A stretch of 64,000 nt of DNA from Fusobacterium sp. (GCA_023662905.1 JAMPIJ010000006.1:426-64425), one strand, 5' to 3'; shown: positions 45,609-56,128, counted from the stretch's first letter. Translations and numbers: made by a program. The notes: generated by a model not told the origin, from the sequence alone.

Positions 45609-46580
45609 ATGGATATCATAGAAATAAAAAATCTGCACCTTGGTTTTAACTGCGAATGCGGGTGGCGCGAAGCCATTCATAACGTATCATTTTCGCTAAA
45701 AAAGGGCGAACTTCACGCACTTGTCGGCGAATCTGGCTGCGGTAAAACTATCACCGCAATGAGTGTCCTGAACCTCCTGCCTAAAAACGCAAAAATAACA
45801 GAGGGCGAAATCCTCTTTAACGGAGAAAACCTGCTTTCATTGCCGCAACGTGAGATGAATAAAATTCGCGGCGCCAAAATCGCACTAATTCCGCAAGACC
45901 CTATGACATCCCTAAACCCTCTATACACAATCGAAAACCAATTACTTGAAGTCATAAAAATTCATCAAGGCCTAGAGGGCAAAGAGGCACACGAAAAAGC
46001 CATAGAAGCGCTCGAAATGGTACAGATTCCCTGCGCTGAAACGCGAATGAAATCATATCCACACGAATTTTCAGGCGGTATGAAACAACGCGCAATAATC
46101 GCAATGGCCCTCGCTTGCAACGCAGAAGTTATCATCGCGGACGAACCCACAACTGCGCTTGACGTAACAATTCAAGCACAAATTATGAACTTACTGAACG
46201 AAATCAAACGTGAAAAAGGAACCTCAATTCTTTTAATCACCCACGATTTGGCATTAGTAAAAGAAAATGCGGACAGAATTTCAGTCATGTATGCGGGCGA
46301 AATCGTAGAAAGCGGAAACAACTCCGAATTTTTCACCTGCCCGAAACACCCATACACGATAGCGCTCTTAAACTCACTTCCAAACACAGGAAAAGGTCGC
46401 CTAGAAACTATTTCGGGCCAACCACCGAGTATCCAACAAACGATAACGGGTTGTAAATTCCACCCACGTTGCAAGGAAAGAATGGAAATCTGCGAATTCA
46501 ATCACCCATCCGAAACCCGCGTGAGCCGTACCCATGGGGCAAAATGTTTTCTATTAGATAAAAAAGGGCTTGATTTTTAA
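45609..46580 (+). CDS. Oligopeptide/dipeptide ABC transporter ATP-binding protein (OppD/DppD type)
   Basis: Walker A GESGCGKT, signature FSGGMKQR, Walker B IIADEPT, C-terminal oligo_HPY-type HPYT...C-x-F-x-x-RC. Confidence 0.85.
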   Translation: MDIIEIKNLHLGFNCECGWREAIHNVSFSLKKGELHALVGESGCGKTITAMSVLNLLPKNAKITEGEILFNGENLLSLPQREMNKIRGAKIALIPQDPMTSLNPLYTIENQLLEVIKIHQGLEGKEAHEKAIEALEMVQIPCAETRMKSYPHEFSGGMKQRAIIAMALACNAEVIIADEPTTALDVTIQAQIMNLLNEIKREKGTSILLITHDLALVKENADRISVMYAGEIVESGNNSEFFTCPKHPYTIALLNSLPNTGKGRLETISGQPPSIQQTITGCKFHPRCKERMEICEFNHPSETRVSRTHGAKCFLLDKKGLDF

Positions 46581-46616
46581 TTTTCAGCGTTCAATAATGG
46601 AGTATAAATTAAATAT

Positions 46617-46693
<77 letters not shown>

Positions 46694-46697
46694 TTTT

Positions 46698-46732
46698 ACC
46701 GGAAGTTTTAAAATTAAAACTTCCGGTTTTTT
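46698..46732. terminator. Bidirectional terminator
   Basis: 13-bp stem ACCGGAAGTTTTA/TAAAACTTCCGGT followed by a T run. Confidence 0.7.
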
Positions 46733-47216
46733 AGTTATATTCCATAATATAATCGTCCATCACAAACCCGTTTCCGATATCAGTAACAACGGAATCTACA
46801 GTTTTGAATCCCCATTTTTCATACGCGTCAATCGTATTCTTATTATATTTATTTACTGTCAAACGGATTTTTAAGTAATTATTTTTATACGCAAAATCTT
46901 TGATAAAGTCAAACGATTTAGTGCCAATTCCTTTATGACGAAAATCTTTTTTAATATAAAGTTTGGAAAGAAATAAATAATCATCTTTCTTACTCATTCC
47001 GATATAGCCGGCTTTTTCTCCGTCACAAAGGATATAAAAATAAGTATAATTCTCATTTTTAATCTGCTCTGTTATCGCAGATTCGGATTGAAACTTTTCC
47101 ACCATATAATCAATTTGTTCTGGTGACAAAATACAAATCCAGTATTCATGCCAGATTTCTGAGGTTAAAAGGGCAAGTTCTTTTATATTTTCGGCTTCGC
47201 GGTAAGTTATATTCAT
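46731..47216 (-). CDS. GNAT-family N-acetyltransferase
   Basis: FRHKGIG (R/Q-x-x-G-x-G/A acetyl-CoA motif) and AYEKWGF. The start at 47216 lies 7 nt after the XRE stop and has a GAGGA RBS. Confidence 0.8.
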   Translation of the reverse strand: MNITYREAENIKELALLTSEIWHEYWICILSPEQIDYMVEKFQSESAITEQIKNENYTYFYILCDGEKAGYIGMSKKDDYLFLSKLYIKKDFRHKGIGTKSFDFIKDFAYKNNYLKIRLTVNKYNKNTIDAYEKWGFKTVDSVVTDIGNGFVMDDYIMEYN

Positions 47217-47223
47217 AAATATA

Positions 47224-47571
47224 TTAATCCTCTTCCACAAAAAATTTTATCATTTTATAAATTTTTTCTAGTTTACCACGGTTATCCTTCACTCGCTCAA
47301 GATATTCATTAATATCCGCAAACAACGCCTCGGAATCACGCAGATAATCGTTTTCAAACAACTCCTGTGTCGTTATATTTAACGCTTTTAGAATCTTTTC
47401 AAGGGTTTCGGACTTCGGAAAATTCGCCCCAACCTCAATATTACTCAAATTCCGCGATGATATATCTATCTTCTCGGCAAGTTCCTCTTGCGTCAGACCT
47501 CTACTTTTCCTCGCACGTCTAATCTTTTCACCCAATTCTCGTTTTATATTCATAAAAACTCCCTTTATCAC
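47224..47571 (-). CDS. XRE-family HTH transcriptional regulator
   Basis: LGEKIRRARKSRGLTQEELAEKIDISSRNLSNIEVG. Confidence 0.85.
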   Translation of the reverse strand: MIKGVFMNIKRELGEKIRRARKSRGLTQEELAEKIDISSRNLSNIEVGANFPKSETLEKILKALNITTQELFENDYLRDSEALFADINEYLERVKDNRGKLEKIYKMIKFFVEED

Positions 47572-47770
47572 ATCGGTTTTTTGTTAAAACCAGATTTATT
47601 AAGTCATGATATATTAATTTTTATGAAGCTGGAATGTCGCACCATTTCGGCATATTTAATTTTTAGGATGTATTACATTGAGTTTTCTGCAATTTTAGAA
47701 GTCAGCATGTTTTTATAAAGGAGTAAGCAATTGCGACGAGGAAGTACTAAAATATTAAGGAGATTGAATT

Positions 47771-48430
47771 ATGACAGAACCAGTAAAACCAATTAGTTCA
47801 AAAACTACAGCACAACCTAAGGCACCTGCGGCGCCTCAAGAGTCGAAAAAGGTGAAAATTGGTAACGTTGAGTTTAGAAAAGATCAAATCGAGTCTGACA
47901 AAACAAGAACTTATGTGCTAAACGGCAAGAAGATGAACACCGTTTTTGTAAAACCTGGTGTGCAAATCGATTTTCCAGATCAGACAGCCCCTAACAAAAA
48001 TCCAAGAGTAGAAAGTATCGGATTAAGACAAGAATGGTATAATCCTGACGATTCGAACATTCACATTAATGACCTTGATGGGGCCAAAATTTACGGAGCG
48101 CCTAACAAAAATGATTATATAAGCTTAGAAGGCCATTCAAGCGGCAATGAAATCTTTGTAGATCAAAAAGAAAGTTGGTATATTAACGGCGACATGCGCC
48201 GTGACAATGTCCAACTCGGGCCGGATACATCCGAAAACACTGTCCACATGGACGAAAAGGACACAACAGAGATATGGTACAATCAATCCAGTGTATATAT
48301 AAATGATGAAAAAGTAAAAGCTGAAATGGAACGCTTGGATGTCAAAGGCAAAGGCACAAGTGAACAGGAAGTTCAATTGAAAGACGCATTAAAAGAGGGC
48401 TACAGACTTCACAAGCACTTACAGAAATAA
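47771..48430 (+). CDS. Hypothetical protein
   Basis: 219 aa, AAGGAG RBS, no recognised motif. Confidence 0.5.
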   Translation: MTEPVKPISSKTTAQPKAPAAPQESKKVKIGNVEFRKDQIESDKTRTYVLNGKKMNTVFVKPGVQIDFPDQTAPNKNPRVESIGLRQEWYNPDDSNIHINDLDGAKIYGAPNKNDYISLEGHSSGNEIFVDQKESWYINGDMRRDNVQLGPDTSENTVHMDEKDTTEIWYNQSSVYINDEKVKAEMERLDVKGKGTSEQEVQLKDALKEGYRLHKHLQK

Positions 48431-48433
48431 GGA

Positions 48434-48463
48434 AAGAGGGGCAAGTCCCCTCTTTTTATTTTT
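48434..48463 (+). terminator. Rho-independent terminator
   Basis: AAGAGGGG/CCCCTCTT stem followed by TTTTATTTTT. Confidence 0.7.
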
Positions 48464-50462
48464 CAGCCAAAAGGATTTCATTGTTCAAGCTTTTAATAAA
48501 TTCAGGTGTGTACATAAACCCAAGGTGAGCGCCGTTGCTTAACAGCACGGTTTTGGAGCCAGAAATAGCTTTAAGATTTTTTAATTGTTTCTGGTTTACG
48601 AGATAGTCGTCAACAGCGTGATAGATTTTGTAGTTGGAACTGTTTTTCAAAAACGGCGCCAGCGACAAAAGGCTCGTGTCATAACTTAACGCTTGAACGT
48701 TACGATAATCCTGCCCGATAAAATATTTTTCCATATAATCGTGGTAATTCATGTTATTCAGGACATCATAAATTCCTGTGGCCTGAGTTTTTGGAGTCTT
48801 TTCGAGTGTAAAGATTAAGTCTGAAAGCTTCTGGTGCATGACAAAACCTGTGATAAGTTTGCCCTCTTCTTCTGTAAATGGCAGGGTTCCGATTTTGAAA
48901 TCTTTCTGTTCATCTTTCATATCCGAAAGCTGAACGACTTTAGAAGCGGTCTGCGCGACGCGATTTTTCAGGTCGTTTGGATTTTTGAACCATTCTTCTC
49001 CGTTTTTGTCGACCTGTTCGAGCGCGTAGGTAAGTTCAATCGGCGGACAGATGGAAATGTATTTTGTCACGCCAAGAGTATCATCTTTATACTCACTATT
49101 AGCTACAAAAAGCGTCATCATCGCACCAAGTGATGTTCCCAGAATTGTTTTTTCGCCAAATTTGCAATCGTATTTTGTTTCGAGTTTCTGAACAATTTTT
49201 GCGGTAACGTTTTTCAAATACTCGGCGTCTTTTGCCGGAAGTCCAGGGCGGTAATCGTCAGGCATACTTTTCACGTATTCCCACTGAAAATGGCTGCCTT
49301 GAATCACAACAGAATAGCCTGCGTCATAGAACATTTTAGCAAGAATAACCGAGTGATGTGATTGGATTCCCTCGCCGATTGACGGGTAAATTATGGCAAT
49401 CGGCGAACTTTTATCTTTTTGCAGAATATATCGGAATTTATAATCATCTCTGTCAGGCGTTACGCTGACTGATGAAGTTTTTATTTTTTTACTGAAAGAT
49501 CTATTCCAGATGGAAAGTTCGTTCCAGATTGATGAATCTACGTCCGGCAGGTCAAAAAGCGCGGTTCGCATAGAATCAACGACAGGACACTGCGGATTGT
49601 AGTCAGGCAGAATCATATCAGCATCAAGCGACGGCGTATTATTTTCTACAAGTATAAGCTCATCATCACAGGTATCAAGCCCACGTAATTCAACGAGTTC
49701 CGCAGGTTCTTCCGACTGCTTAAAACCGTTTTCAAGTACATGTTTTCTATCAAAGTTTTCGCTTTTGATATAACTGTCAAGCCCGTACATTTTACGTGCG
49801 ATTTCGTAGGGGTCTGCGTAAGTTGATTCTATCATTTTAATCAAAGGCTGCATGTATGACGTTCTGTTGACTGTCAAACCGGCTTTCACCATCGCAAGAA
49901 CAGGGGTTCCGACATAAGTTGTAGGGTTAAGTGACATATCAAGAACCCGTCCTGCCATACCGCGTGTTGTAGCACCGGCTAGCCCTGGAAGCACTACAAA
50001 TGGCCCTGAACAACATTTACATCTTGTTAATGCCTGTTCCATATCTTCGGTCGTTGGTTCAAGGTGGAAAAATCTTTTTGCAGGGTCAAACATTCCGCCA
50101 AGCCCTAGTGTTGAATTGGTCAAAAATCTGACGGTTTCCTGCCCCGAAGTTTTAAAATCCTTTTGAATAAGACTGCTTACGAGGCGTTTGGGGTATTCAA
50201 TATTTTTATAAGCACTATGGATTCTATCCATGCCGTATTCAGGCATAATCGACGACCACAGAATATGCACCGGTCGCACAGCGTATTTGTTAAGCCCGAG
50301 ATTAAACGCGAACATTTTTCTGTTCAATTTTTCAAACTTATCGGGTCCAAGATACATGTAGCCGTAATCAGGGTATTTAGATTGCTGTTTAGTAAGTTCT
50401 TCACCGCTTGCGCTAGTTGCAAGGGATAATAAAATTGCCGTTATAATAAATATTCTTTTCAT
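48456..50462 (-). CDS. MlaA/VacJ-family domain fused to a C-terminal alpha/beta-hydrolase-like domain
   Basis: N-terminal KFEKLNRKMFAFNLGLNKYAVRPV...NIEYPKRLVSSLIQ...NSTLGLGGMFDPA matches the MlaA pattern. The C-terminal half has the nucleophile elbow GTSLGA. Confidence 0.65.
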   Translation of the reverse strand: MKRIFIITAILLSLATSASGEELTKQQSKYPDYGYMYLGPDKFEKLNRKMFAFNLGLNKYAVRPVHILWSSIMPEYGMDRIHSAYKNIEYPKRLVSSLIQKDFKTSGQETVRFLTNSTLGLGGMFDPAKRFFHLEPTTEDMEQALTRCKCCSGPFVVLPGLAGATTRGMAGRVLDMSLNPTTYVGTPVLAMVKAGLTVNRTSYMQPLIKMIESTYADPYEIARKMYGLDSYIKSENFDRKHVLENGFKQSEEPAELVELRGLDTCDDELILVENNTPSLDADMILPDYNPQCPVVDSMRTALFDLPDVDSSIWNELSIWNRSFSKKIKTSSVSVTPDRDDYKFRYILQKDKSSPIAIIYPSIGEGIQSHHSVILAKMFYDAGYSVVIQGSHFQWEYVKSMPDDYRPGLPAKDAEYLKNVTAKIVQKLETKYDCKFGEKTILGTSLGAMMTLFVANSEYKDDTLGVTKYISICPPIELTYALEQVDKNGEEWFKNPNDLKNRVAQTASKVVQLSDMKDEQKDFKIGTLPFTEEEGKLITGFVMHQKLSDLIFTLEKTPKTQATGIYDVLNNMNYHDYMEKYFIGQDYRNVQALSYDTSLLSLAPFLKNSSNYKIYHAVDDYLVNQKQLKNLKAISGSKTVLLSNGAHLGFMYTPEFIKSLNNEILLAEK

Positions 50463-50521
50463 AGAATTATTTTTTTATAACGGCAAAATAAATTTTACTA
50501 CCCGTGCGGATATTTATTGGA

Positions 50522-51541
50522 CTAAGATTTTAAATACTCTTTAAAAAATGCTTCGATTTTATCAAACGGAATTTTCTCTAAATTATCGTATAAATCCACG
50601 TGATTTGCGCCCTCTATGATAAAGAGTTCTTTGTTATCACCTTTAAGTTTCTTGAATGCGTCTTCTGAGAAATAACGGCTGTGAGCGTTTTCGCCGTGAA
50701 GCATTAGTACAGCACTTCGAATTTCATCGCTATAGCAAAGTATAGGCATATTTATGAATGAAAGTGAAGAAGTCATATTCCAGTTCCCGTTAGAATTTAT
50801 TGAACGTTTGTGGAACCCGCGTGGAGTTTTGTAATATCCGTAGTAATCCTGTACGAATTGCGGCTCTTCACCGGTCAATTCTTCAGGCAAGCCGGCAGCG
50901 GGCGCATAAGTTTTATTTTTAAAATCTTCAGTGCGTTGTTTGTTTAGCGTTTCTCTCAGCGCATAACGTGCATCCGCGTCCATTGAGTCGTAATAACCGT
51001 TAGCGTTAACACGGCTCATATCGTACATTGTTGACGTTACGGTAGCTTTAATTCTTGTATCCATTGCAGCAGCGTTCAAACCCATTCCGCCAAATCCACA
51101 AATACCAATGATACCGATTCTGTCAGCATCAACATCTTCTCTGTTGCTCAAATAATCAACCGCCGCGCTAAAATCCTCAGTGTTAATATCAGGGGACGCG
51201 ACATGTCTTGGTTCGCCACCGCTCTCACCTGTATAAGACGGATCAAAAGCAAGGGTTACGAACCCGCGTTCAGCCATTGTCTGCGCATACAAGCCTGAGG
51301 CTTGTTCTTTAACCGCCCCAAAAGGGCCGCTTACCGCAATCGCGGCATGTTTCCCCTTTGAATCAATAGGGGTATATAAATCACCAACAAGGTCAATGCC
51401 ATATCTGTTTTTGAAAGTGACTTTACGAACTTCAACTTTATCACTTTTCTTGAAAGTTTTATCCCATTCGCTTGCCATAGTCATATTTGCACCTCCTATC
51501 ATTAATAAAAAAGCAATCAAACTAATTAAGATTTTTTTCAT
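50522..51541 (-). CDS. Secreted alpha/beta hydrolase
   Basis: Signal peptide, then an ICGFGG nucleophile-elbow-like motif. Overall alpha/beta-hydrolase layout with C-terminal HVDLY. Confidence 0.6.
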   Translation of the reverse strand: MKKILISLIAFLLMIGGANMTMASEWDKTFKKSDKVEVRKVTFKNRYGIDLVGDLYTPIDSKGKHAAIAVSGPFGAVKEQASGLYAQTMAERGFVTLAFDPSYTGESGGEPRHVASPDINTEDFSAAVDYLSNREDVDADRIGIIGICGFGGMGLNAAAMDTRIKATVTSTMYDMSRVNANGYYDSMDADARYALRETLNKQRTEDFKNKTYAPAAGLPEELTGEEPQFVQDYYGYYKTPRGFHKRSINSNGNWNMTSSLSFINMPILCYSDEIRSAVLMLHGENAHSRYFSEDAFKKLKGDNKELFIIEGANHVDLYDNLEKIPFDKIEAFFKEYLKS

Positions 51542-52128
51542 ATACGCTCCTCAAATTTATATTTATCTTTCTCTGTAATTTCTCTAATCACTCTGCACGG
51601 ATTTCCTGCCGCGATTACATTTGCTGGAATACTTTTTGTAACGACACTTCCTGCTCCAATAACAACATTATCACCGATAGTTACGTTCGGAAGCACCGTC
51701 ACGTTACCGCCCAACCAGACATTATTTCCAATCTTAATAGGAAACGCATATTCCAGCCCCTTGTTTCTTGTTTCAGCGTCTAACGGGTGTTGAGGGGTAT
51801 AAAACGAACAGTTCGGCCCGATAAAAACATTATCTCCAAACGTAACTTTATTGGGATCAAGGATAACAAGGTTGTGGTTAGAATAAAAATTCTCCCCGAC
51901 CTCAATATTATACCCGTAATCACACCAAAACGGCGGCTCAATCCAAAAATTTTCTTTTACACTACCAAGGAGTTTTTGCAAAAGTGATTTGCGCTCTTCA
52001 ACGTTATCCGGTGCAAGGTTGTTATACTTATGACACAAAGTTTTACACAAAATTCGTTCCTGTTTCAACGCTTCATCATAATTGCCGTCGTAAATCAAAC
52101 CACTAAGCATTTTTTGTTTTTCGTCCAT
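51538..52128 (-). CDS. Maltose/galactoside O-acetyltransferase (hexapeptide-repeat family)
   Basis: Mac-type N-terminus MDEKQKMLSGLIYD, left-handed beta-helix repeats (IGNNVWLGGNVTVLPNVTIGDNVVIGAGSVV), then NPCRVIR. Confidence 0.8.
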   Translation of the reverse strand: MDEKQKMLSGLIYDGNYDEALKQERILCKTLCHKYNNLAPDNVEERKSLLQKLLGSVKENFWIEPPFWCDYGYNIEVGENFYSNHNLVILDPNKVTFGDNVFIGPNCSFYTPQHPLDAETRNKGLEYAFPIKIGNNVWLGGNVTVLPNVTIGDNVVIGAGSVVTKSIPANVIAAGNPCRVIREITEKDKYKFEERI

Positions 52129-52138
52129 AAAATCTCCC

Positions 52139-52169
52139 TAAAATGAACTCCTGCGAGTGGCAGGAGTTC
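52139..52169 (-). terminator. Possible terminator after the autotransporter gene
   Basis: 10-bp stem GAACTCCTGC/GCAGGAGTTC with a weak U tract. Confidence 0.45.
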
Positions 52170-52177
52170 TGATGTTA

Positions 52178-55100
52178 TTACAACTTATATCTAAATGCGA
52201 ATTGCAAGCCAACACCGGATCTTCCGCCAGATCTGAACATAGCTTGCAAAAAGCCTGTCAGACGTTCACCAGCGGTTTTCTGAACCCCTAAACCATAGTT
52301 GAAATAAGGGTCAATACTCAACTGAGGCAACGCAACATCGTTCGCACGGAATCTTGTATCATCCATAATGTTCCAAACAATTGAGAACCCGAGGTATGGC
52401 TGCCAACCGTTTTTAAGGTTTCCGATAAACTTCAAGCCCGGATTGATTTGAATAACGTTTAGTGCGTCAGAATTCAAACTTACGCCCGCCGCGTTATGGT
52501 AATCAAACGTATTAATAAAACTATAAGACATCAAATAGCTAGGCTGAATTATAAATCTACCACGTGCAAGTTCCCAGTTATAACCGGTTTTAGACGCGAC
52601 ACCTGCCATAAGCATTGTGAAATTATCGTTTCCGTACATGGTACTTGCCTCACCGACATTCGCTCCGACGTTTGCGGTCAATGCTGAGAAGAAATTTCCT
52701 TTATACGCAACACCCGTTAAACCAAGCTGTCCGCCGTTTTGATAAATACCGTTTCCGTTATAAGTTTGATGGCTACCGTTGTAACCCGCGTAGAATGATA
52801 AAATTCCGTCAAACCCGTATTTTAATCTTGTCAGGTCAGAATCAACCCCGAAGAATGAGCCGTAGGCTACGTTATGAACTTTTGGTCCATTACTTAGGCT
52901 TACGTTTTCAAACGTACTATAAGGCTTAACCCATGCGCCTTTTTCTTCGTGCGGGTTAAGTGTCGGAGAATAAGGGCCGCCTTGCGTTGAGGCAAAAATA
53001 TTTCTGTGTTTAATTGCATCTCTTTTCTCACTTGGCATTAACATATACATATCCATATTATTAAATGCCATATCGTAAGAATTCAACTGTGTAAGATACG
53101 CACCGACAAGCGCGCCAACAGGGCCTGTCATGACAGCAGGGTTGTAGCCTTTGTAATCCTTTCCGCCAGCACCGGAAAACAACATTTGCCCCGTTTCAGG
53201 TTTATATTCTACCCCATATCTGTAAATAGGGCCGTAAGCTTCGGTTGCAGTATTCGGGTTAAGTTCAACTTTTCCGAGCAGAGGACTGTTTCCGTCAGCA
53301 TCTTTTTCAACGATATCAAACATGGTCACCGGTTTTAAATCTCTGTTATCATAAAGAACATTAATTTTATCAATAATAAGTTTTCCGTCACCTGTAACGC
53401 TGTTTGCGGCAATAGTATCGTGTTCACCGTTAATCATATTAACATCTAACCCAAGTCTTCCGCCATTACCATCAAGATAAAGGTTGCCGAAATTCACTGA
53501 ATTTGCCTGATTGTTGATGAGGTTCAACATTGAACCGTTTTCAAAATGTGTATTTGCGGCAGTAAAATATTTAGAATCTTTCAAAAGAATAGTTTCACCC
53601 GCAGTAAAGTGAACATCACCGGTGTAATTGCTGTTATCCCCGCCGAGTCTTAATGTTCCGTAATCCTCTTTCACAATATTGCCGGTTCCGCTGATTCCAC
53701 CGTTGAACGTAATACTTTTTGCTCCATTCAGAGTTAATTCGCCACCGTCAAGATGAATATCATTACCCACGCCATTTGCCGTGTTTCCAGAGAAAACAAC
53801 GTCACGTCTGTCCGCTGTAATAGTAAGTTTGCCGCTATTATTTATAGCGCCGCCGTTTTCACCGGCTTTGTTATCAATAAAAGATGAATTATAAATTTTT
53901 GCGACACCGGTATTATTTAAAACACCGCCGCTTAATTCTGTTGAGTTATTTTTGAACACAGATTCCATAACAGTTAATTCGCCTGCGTTATCAACAACAG
54001 AACCGTTGAAATCATGAACCGATTTGGCTCCGTTACCAAGTCCCATATTAACCATTTCAAGCCTTTGGCCATCAGAAACTATGATTCCACCTTTTCCGGC
54101 ACCATCCAAATCCGCGCCGTCAAGATTAATCTTCAAATAATCTCCACCCATCTGTCCTAGGGAATCAGCATCCTTAAGCGTAATATCTACATCAGAGCGA
54201 TAAACTCTTGCACCATCTGCAATAATTGCATCAGCAAGACCGTTTGTTGTATCGCTTGCGACATTAACCACACCATCTTCACCAAGTGAAAGTGTATATT
54301 TTCTCTTGTCGCTATACTGAACCAACTCATCACCCGTTGCCCAGCCAAAATCCTCGGCTACTCTATTGAATAGTTGAAAACTTTCTGCGTTGCCATCTTT
54401 GATTTTTATATCAACGTGTTCAGCGTCAAACTTCAAGCCTCCGGACATTTCTTTAGAAACATTGATAAAATCACTTTTGCCCTGTGCAAGATCAGCGTCA
54501 AACGCGAGTTGAATATCCTCTGAATTTCTTGCCTCAAAGTTTCCAAGGTTAAGCGTATCAAGTTTCCCATTCGCCATATCAAGCTTTCCGCCATCAAGAT
54601 AAAGGTCAACATTTTCAAATATTGCCTTTCCATCAGCTAGATTATTACTTTCCGCCTGATTAAGTGTTAAAGTTCCGCCTTTTTGTGTGACTCCAATATT
54701 TTTCACCTGTCCGTTGAAAACGATATCCCCGTTCAACTCAAGCTGGGCATCAGTAGTTGTCCAGTTAGAACCCGCAATTCCGTCGTTGAAAAGCAATCTG
54801 CTTCCCTCACCCTGAGTCATCAACTGTACCTTACCGCTATCAACGTACAACGCATTAGATTCCGGTGAGCCATAAGTATCATCAAGGTTATGCATATTTC
54901 CGGTAAACTCATGAGTTTTTCCATCATTAGAAACGATTCTAACCATTTTACCACCGCGGATTTCAGGATCTTGAGATACATTTACATAAATTGCACCACC
55001 GCTATTTTGGTCGTTAGTATTATTAATAAAATCAGTGTTATAAATCAGAAGAGATTTTGTCGGATAAACATCAGAGGTATTGTTGGAATTAACAACATAA

Positions 55101-56128
55101 GTAATCGCACCTCCTCGAGTACCCGCGTGGTTTCCCTCAAATCTGCTGTTATTAATCTGTAAAGTTCCCTCATTAACTGCTATTGCCCCACCAAGAGTTT
55201 CCGCTCTATTACCTGTAAATACAGCGTTTTCAATAATATTTGGGTCATCATTCGCGATATAAATAGCCCCGCCTTGACTTGCTTCATTATTAGAAAATTC
55301 ACTATCATTAACCCTAAAATTACCAAGCGAATAAATGGCACCGCCACGTTCATCTGCAGTATTACCTATGAAATGAGAATTATTTATAGTTATTCCCTGC
55401 CCGAGTGAGCCATTGCTGGAATAAATTGCCATTGCACCACCCAATTGTGCGGTATTGTCATTAAATGTTAGATTATCAAAAGAAGCGACTGTTCCGTCAA
55501 CATAAATCGCCCCACCCTCTGCTGCAGAGTTTTTTTCAAAAATAGTATCGTGAATTGCATGCGTTATGGAATTATCATTTATCGAAACATTATTAAGTCT
55601 TATTGCACCGCCGTAGCCGCCAGCATGGTTTCCAGTAAAATTGGAATCAGAAATAACAATATTTTTTGTACCACTCATATAAATAGCACCGCCATCGCGT
55701 ACCGCAGAATTACCGATAAAATCAGAATTCGTAATAGATCCGGACTTAGTATTGTGTAATAATAAAGCGCCACCGCCGGTTTTATTCATATCTGCCGTAC
55801 TGCGGTTTGAATCAAATGTGCTTCCATCAACAAAAATAGAACCGTTATAATTATAAATTACACCGCCGCCACCAGGGAACATTCCCATAATATTACCGTG
55901 GGTATTAGTATTATTTCTAAAAGTATTATTAACACTACGAACCTCACTGTTAACAGTAGCGCTAATCCCACCGTATGCTTGCATGATAGAATTATGTGCT
56001 GCGTCAGTTTGATTTTCATAGGTTTGACCGTCAACAATGTCCAAACCAAAAGACTTTTCACTATTAATTGTACAGCAAAGCATAAATGCTGCACAGGCCA
56101 TTAACAACGACTTGTATTTCTTTTTCAT
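52178..56128 (-). CDS. Autotransporter with polymorphic-membrane-protein (Pmp) GGAI/FxxN repeats
   Basis: Signal peptide, at least 9 GGAI(Y) motifs alternating with F-x-x-N (FTGN, FEKN, FNDN, FIGN, FSNN), and a C-terminal beta-barrel-like domain of about 280 aa. Confidence 0.8.
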   Translation of the reverse strand: MKKKYKSLLMACAAFMLCCTINSEKSFGLDIVDGQTYENQTDAAHNSIMQAYGGISATVNSEVRSVNNTFRNNTNTHGNIMGMFPGGGGVIYNYNGSIFVDGSTFDSNRSTADMNKTGGGALLLHNTKSGSITNSDFIGNSAVRDGGAIYMSGTKNIVISDSNFTGNHAGGYGGAIRLNNVSINDNSITHAIHDTIFEKNSAAEGGAIYVDGTVASFDNLTFNDNTAQLGGAMAIYSSNGSLGQGITINNSHFIGNTADERGGAIYSLGNFRVNDSEFSNNEASQGGAIYIANDDPNIIENAVFTGNRAETLGGAIAVNEGTLQINNSRFEGNHAGTRGGAITYVVNSNNTSDVYPTKSLLIYNTDFINNTNDQNSGGAIYVNVSQDPEIRGGKMVRIVSNDGKTHEFTGNMHNLDDTYGSPESNALYVDSGKVQLMTQGEGSRLLFNDGIAGSNWTTTDAQLELNGDIVFNGQVKNIGVTQKGGTLTLNQAESNNLADGKAIFENVDLYLDGGKLDMANGKLDTLNLGNFEARNSEDIQLAFDADLAQGKSDFINVSKEMSGGLKFDAEHVDIKIKDGNAESFQLFNRVAEDFGWATGDELVQYSDKRKYTLSLGEDGVVNVASDTTNGLADAIIADGARVYRSDVDITLKDADSLGQMGGDYLKINLDGADLDGAGKGGIIVSDGQRLEMVNMGLGNGAKSVHDFNGSVVDNAGELTVMESVFKNNSTELSGGVLNNTGVAKIYNSSFIDNKAGENGGAINNSGKLTITADRRDVVFSGNTANGVGNDIHLDGGELTLNGAKSITFNGGISGTGNIVKEDYGTLRLGGDNSNYTGDVHFTAGETILLKDSKYFTAANTHFENGSMLNLINNQANSVNFGNLYLDGNGGRLGLDVNMINGEHDTIAANSVTGDGKLIIDKINVLYDNRDLKPVTMFDIVEKDADGNSPLLGKVELNPNTATEAYGPIYRYGVEYKPETGQMLFSGAGGKDYKGYNPAVMTGPVGALVGAYLTQLNSYDMAFNNMDMYMLMPSEKRDAIKHRNIFASTQGGPYSPTLNPHEEKGAWVKPYSTFENVSLSNGPKVHNVAYGSFFGVDSDLTRLKYGFDGILSFYAGYNGSHQTYNGNGIYQNGGQLGLTGVAYKGNFFSALTANVGANVGEASTMYGNDNFTMLMAGVASKTGYNWELARGRFIIQPSYLMSYSFINTFDYHNAAGVSLNSDALNVIQINPGLKFIGNLKNGWQPYLGFSIVWNIMDDTRFRANDVALPQLSIDPYFNYGLGVQKTAGERLTGFLQAMFRSGGRSGVGLQFAFRYKL

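Noticed and set aside
45609-46580. Orphan OppD-type ABC ATPase with no permease or binding protein nearby
   Set aside because: Partner genes may lie elsewhere in the genome. This cannot be judged from a single window.
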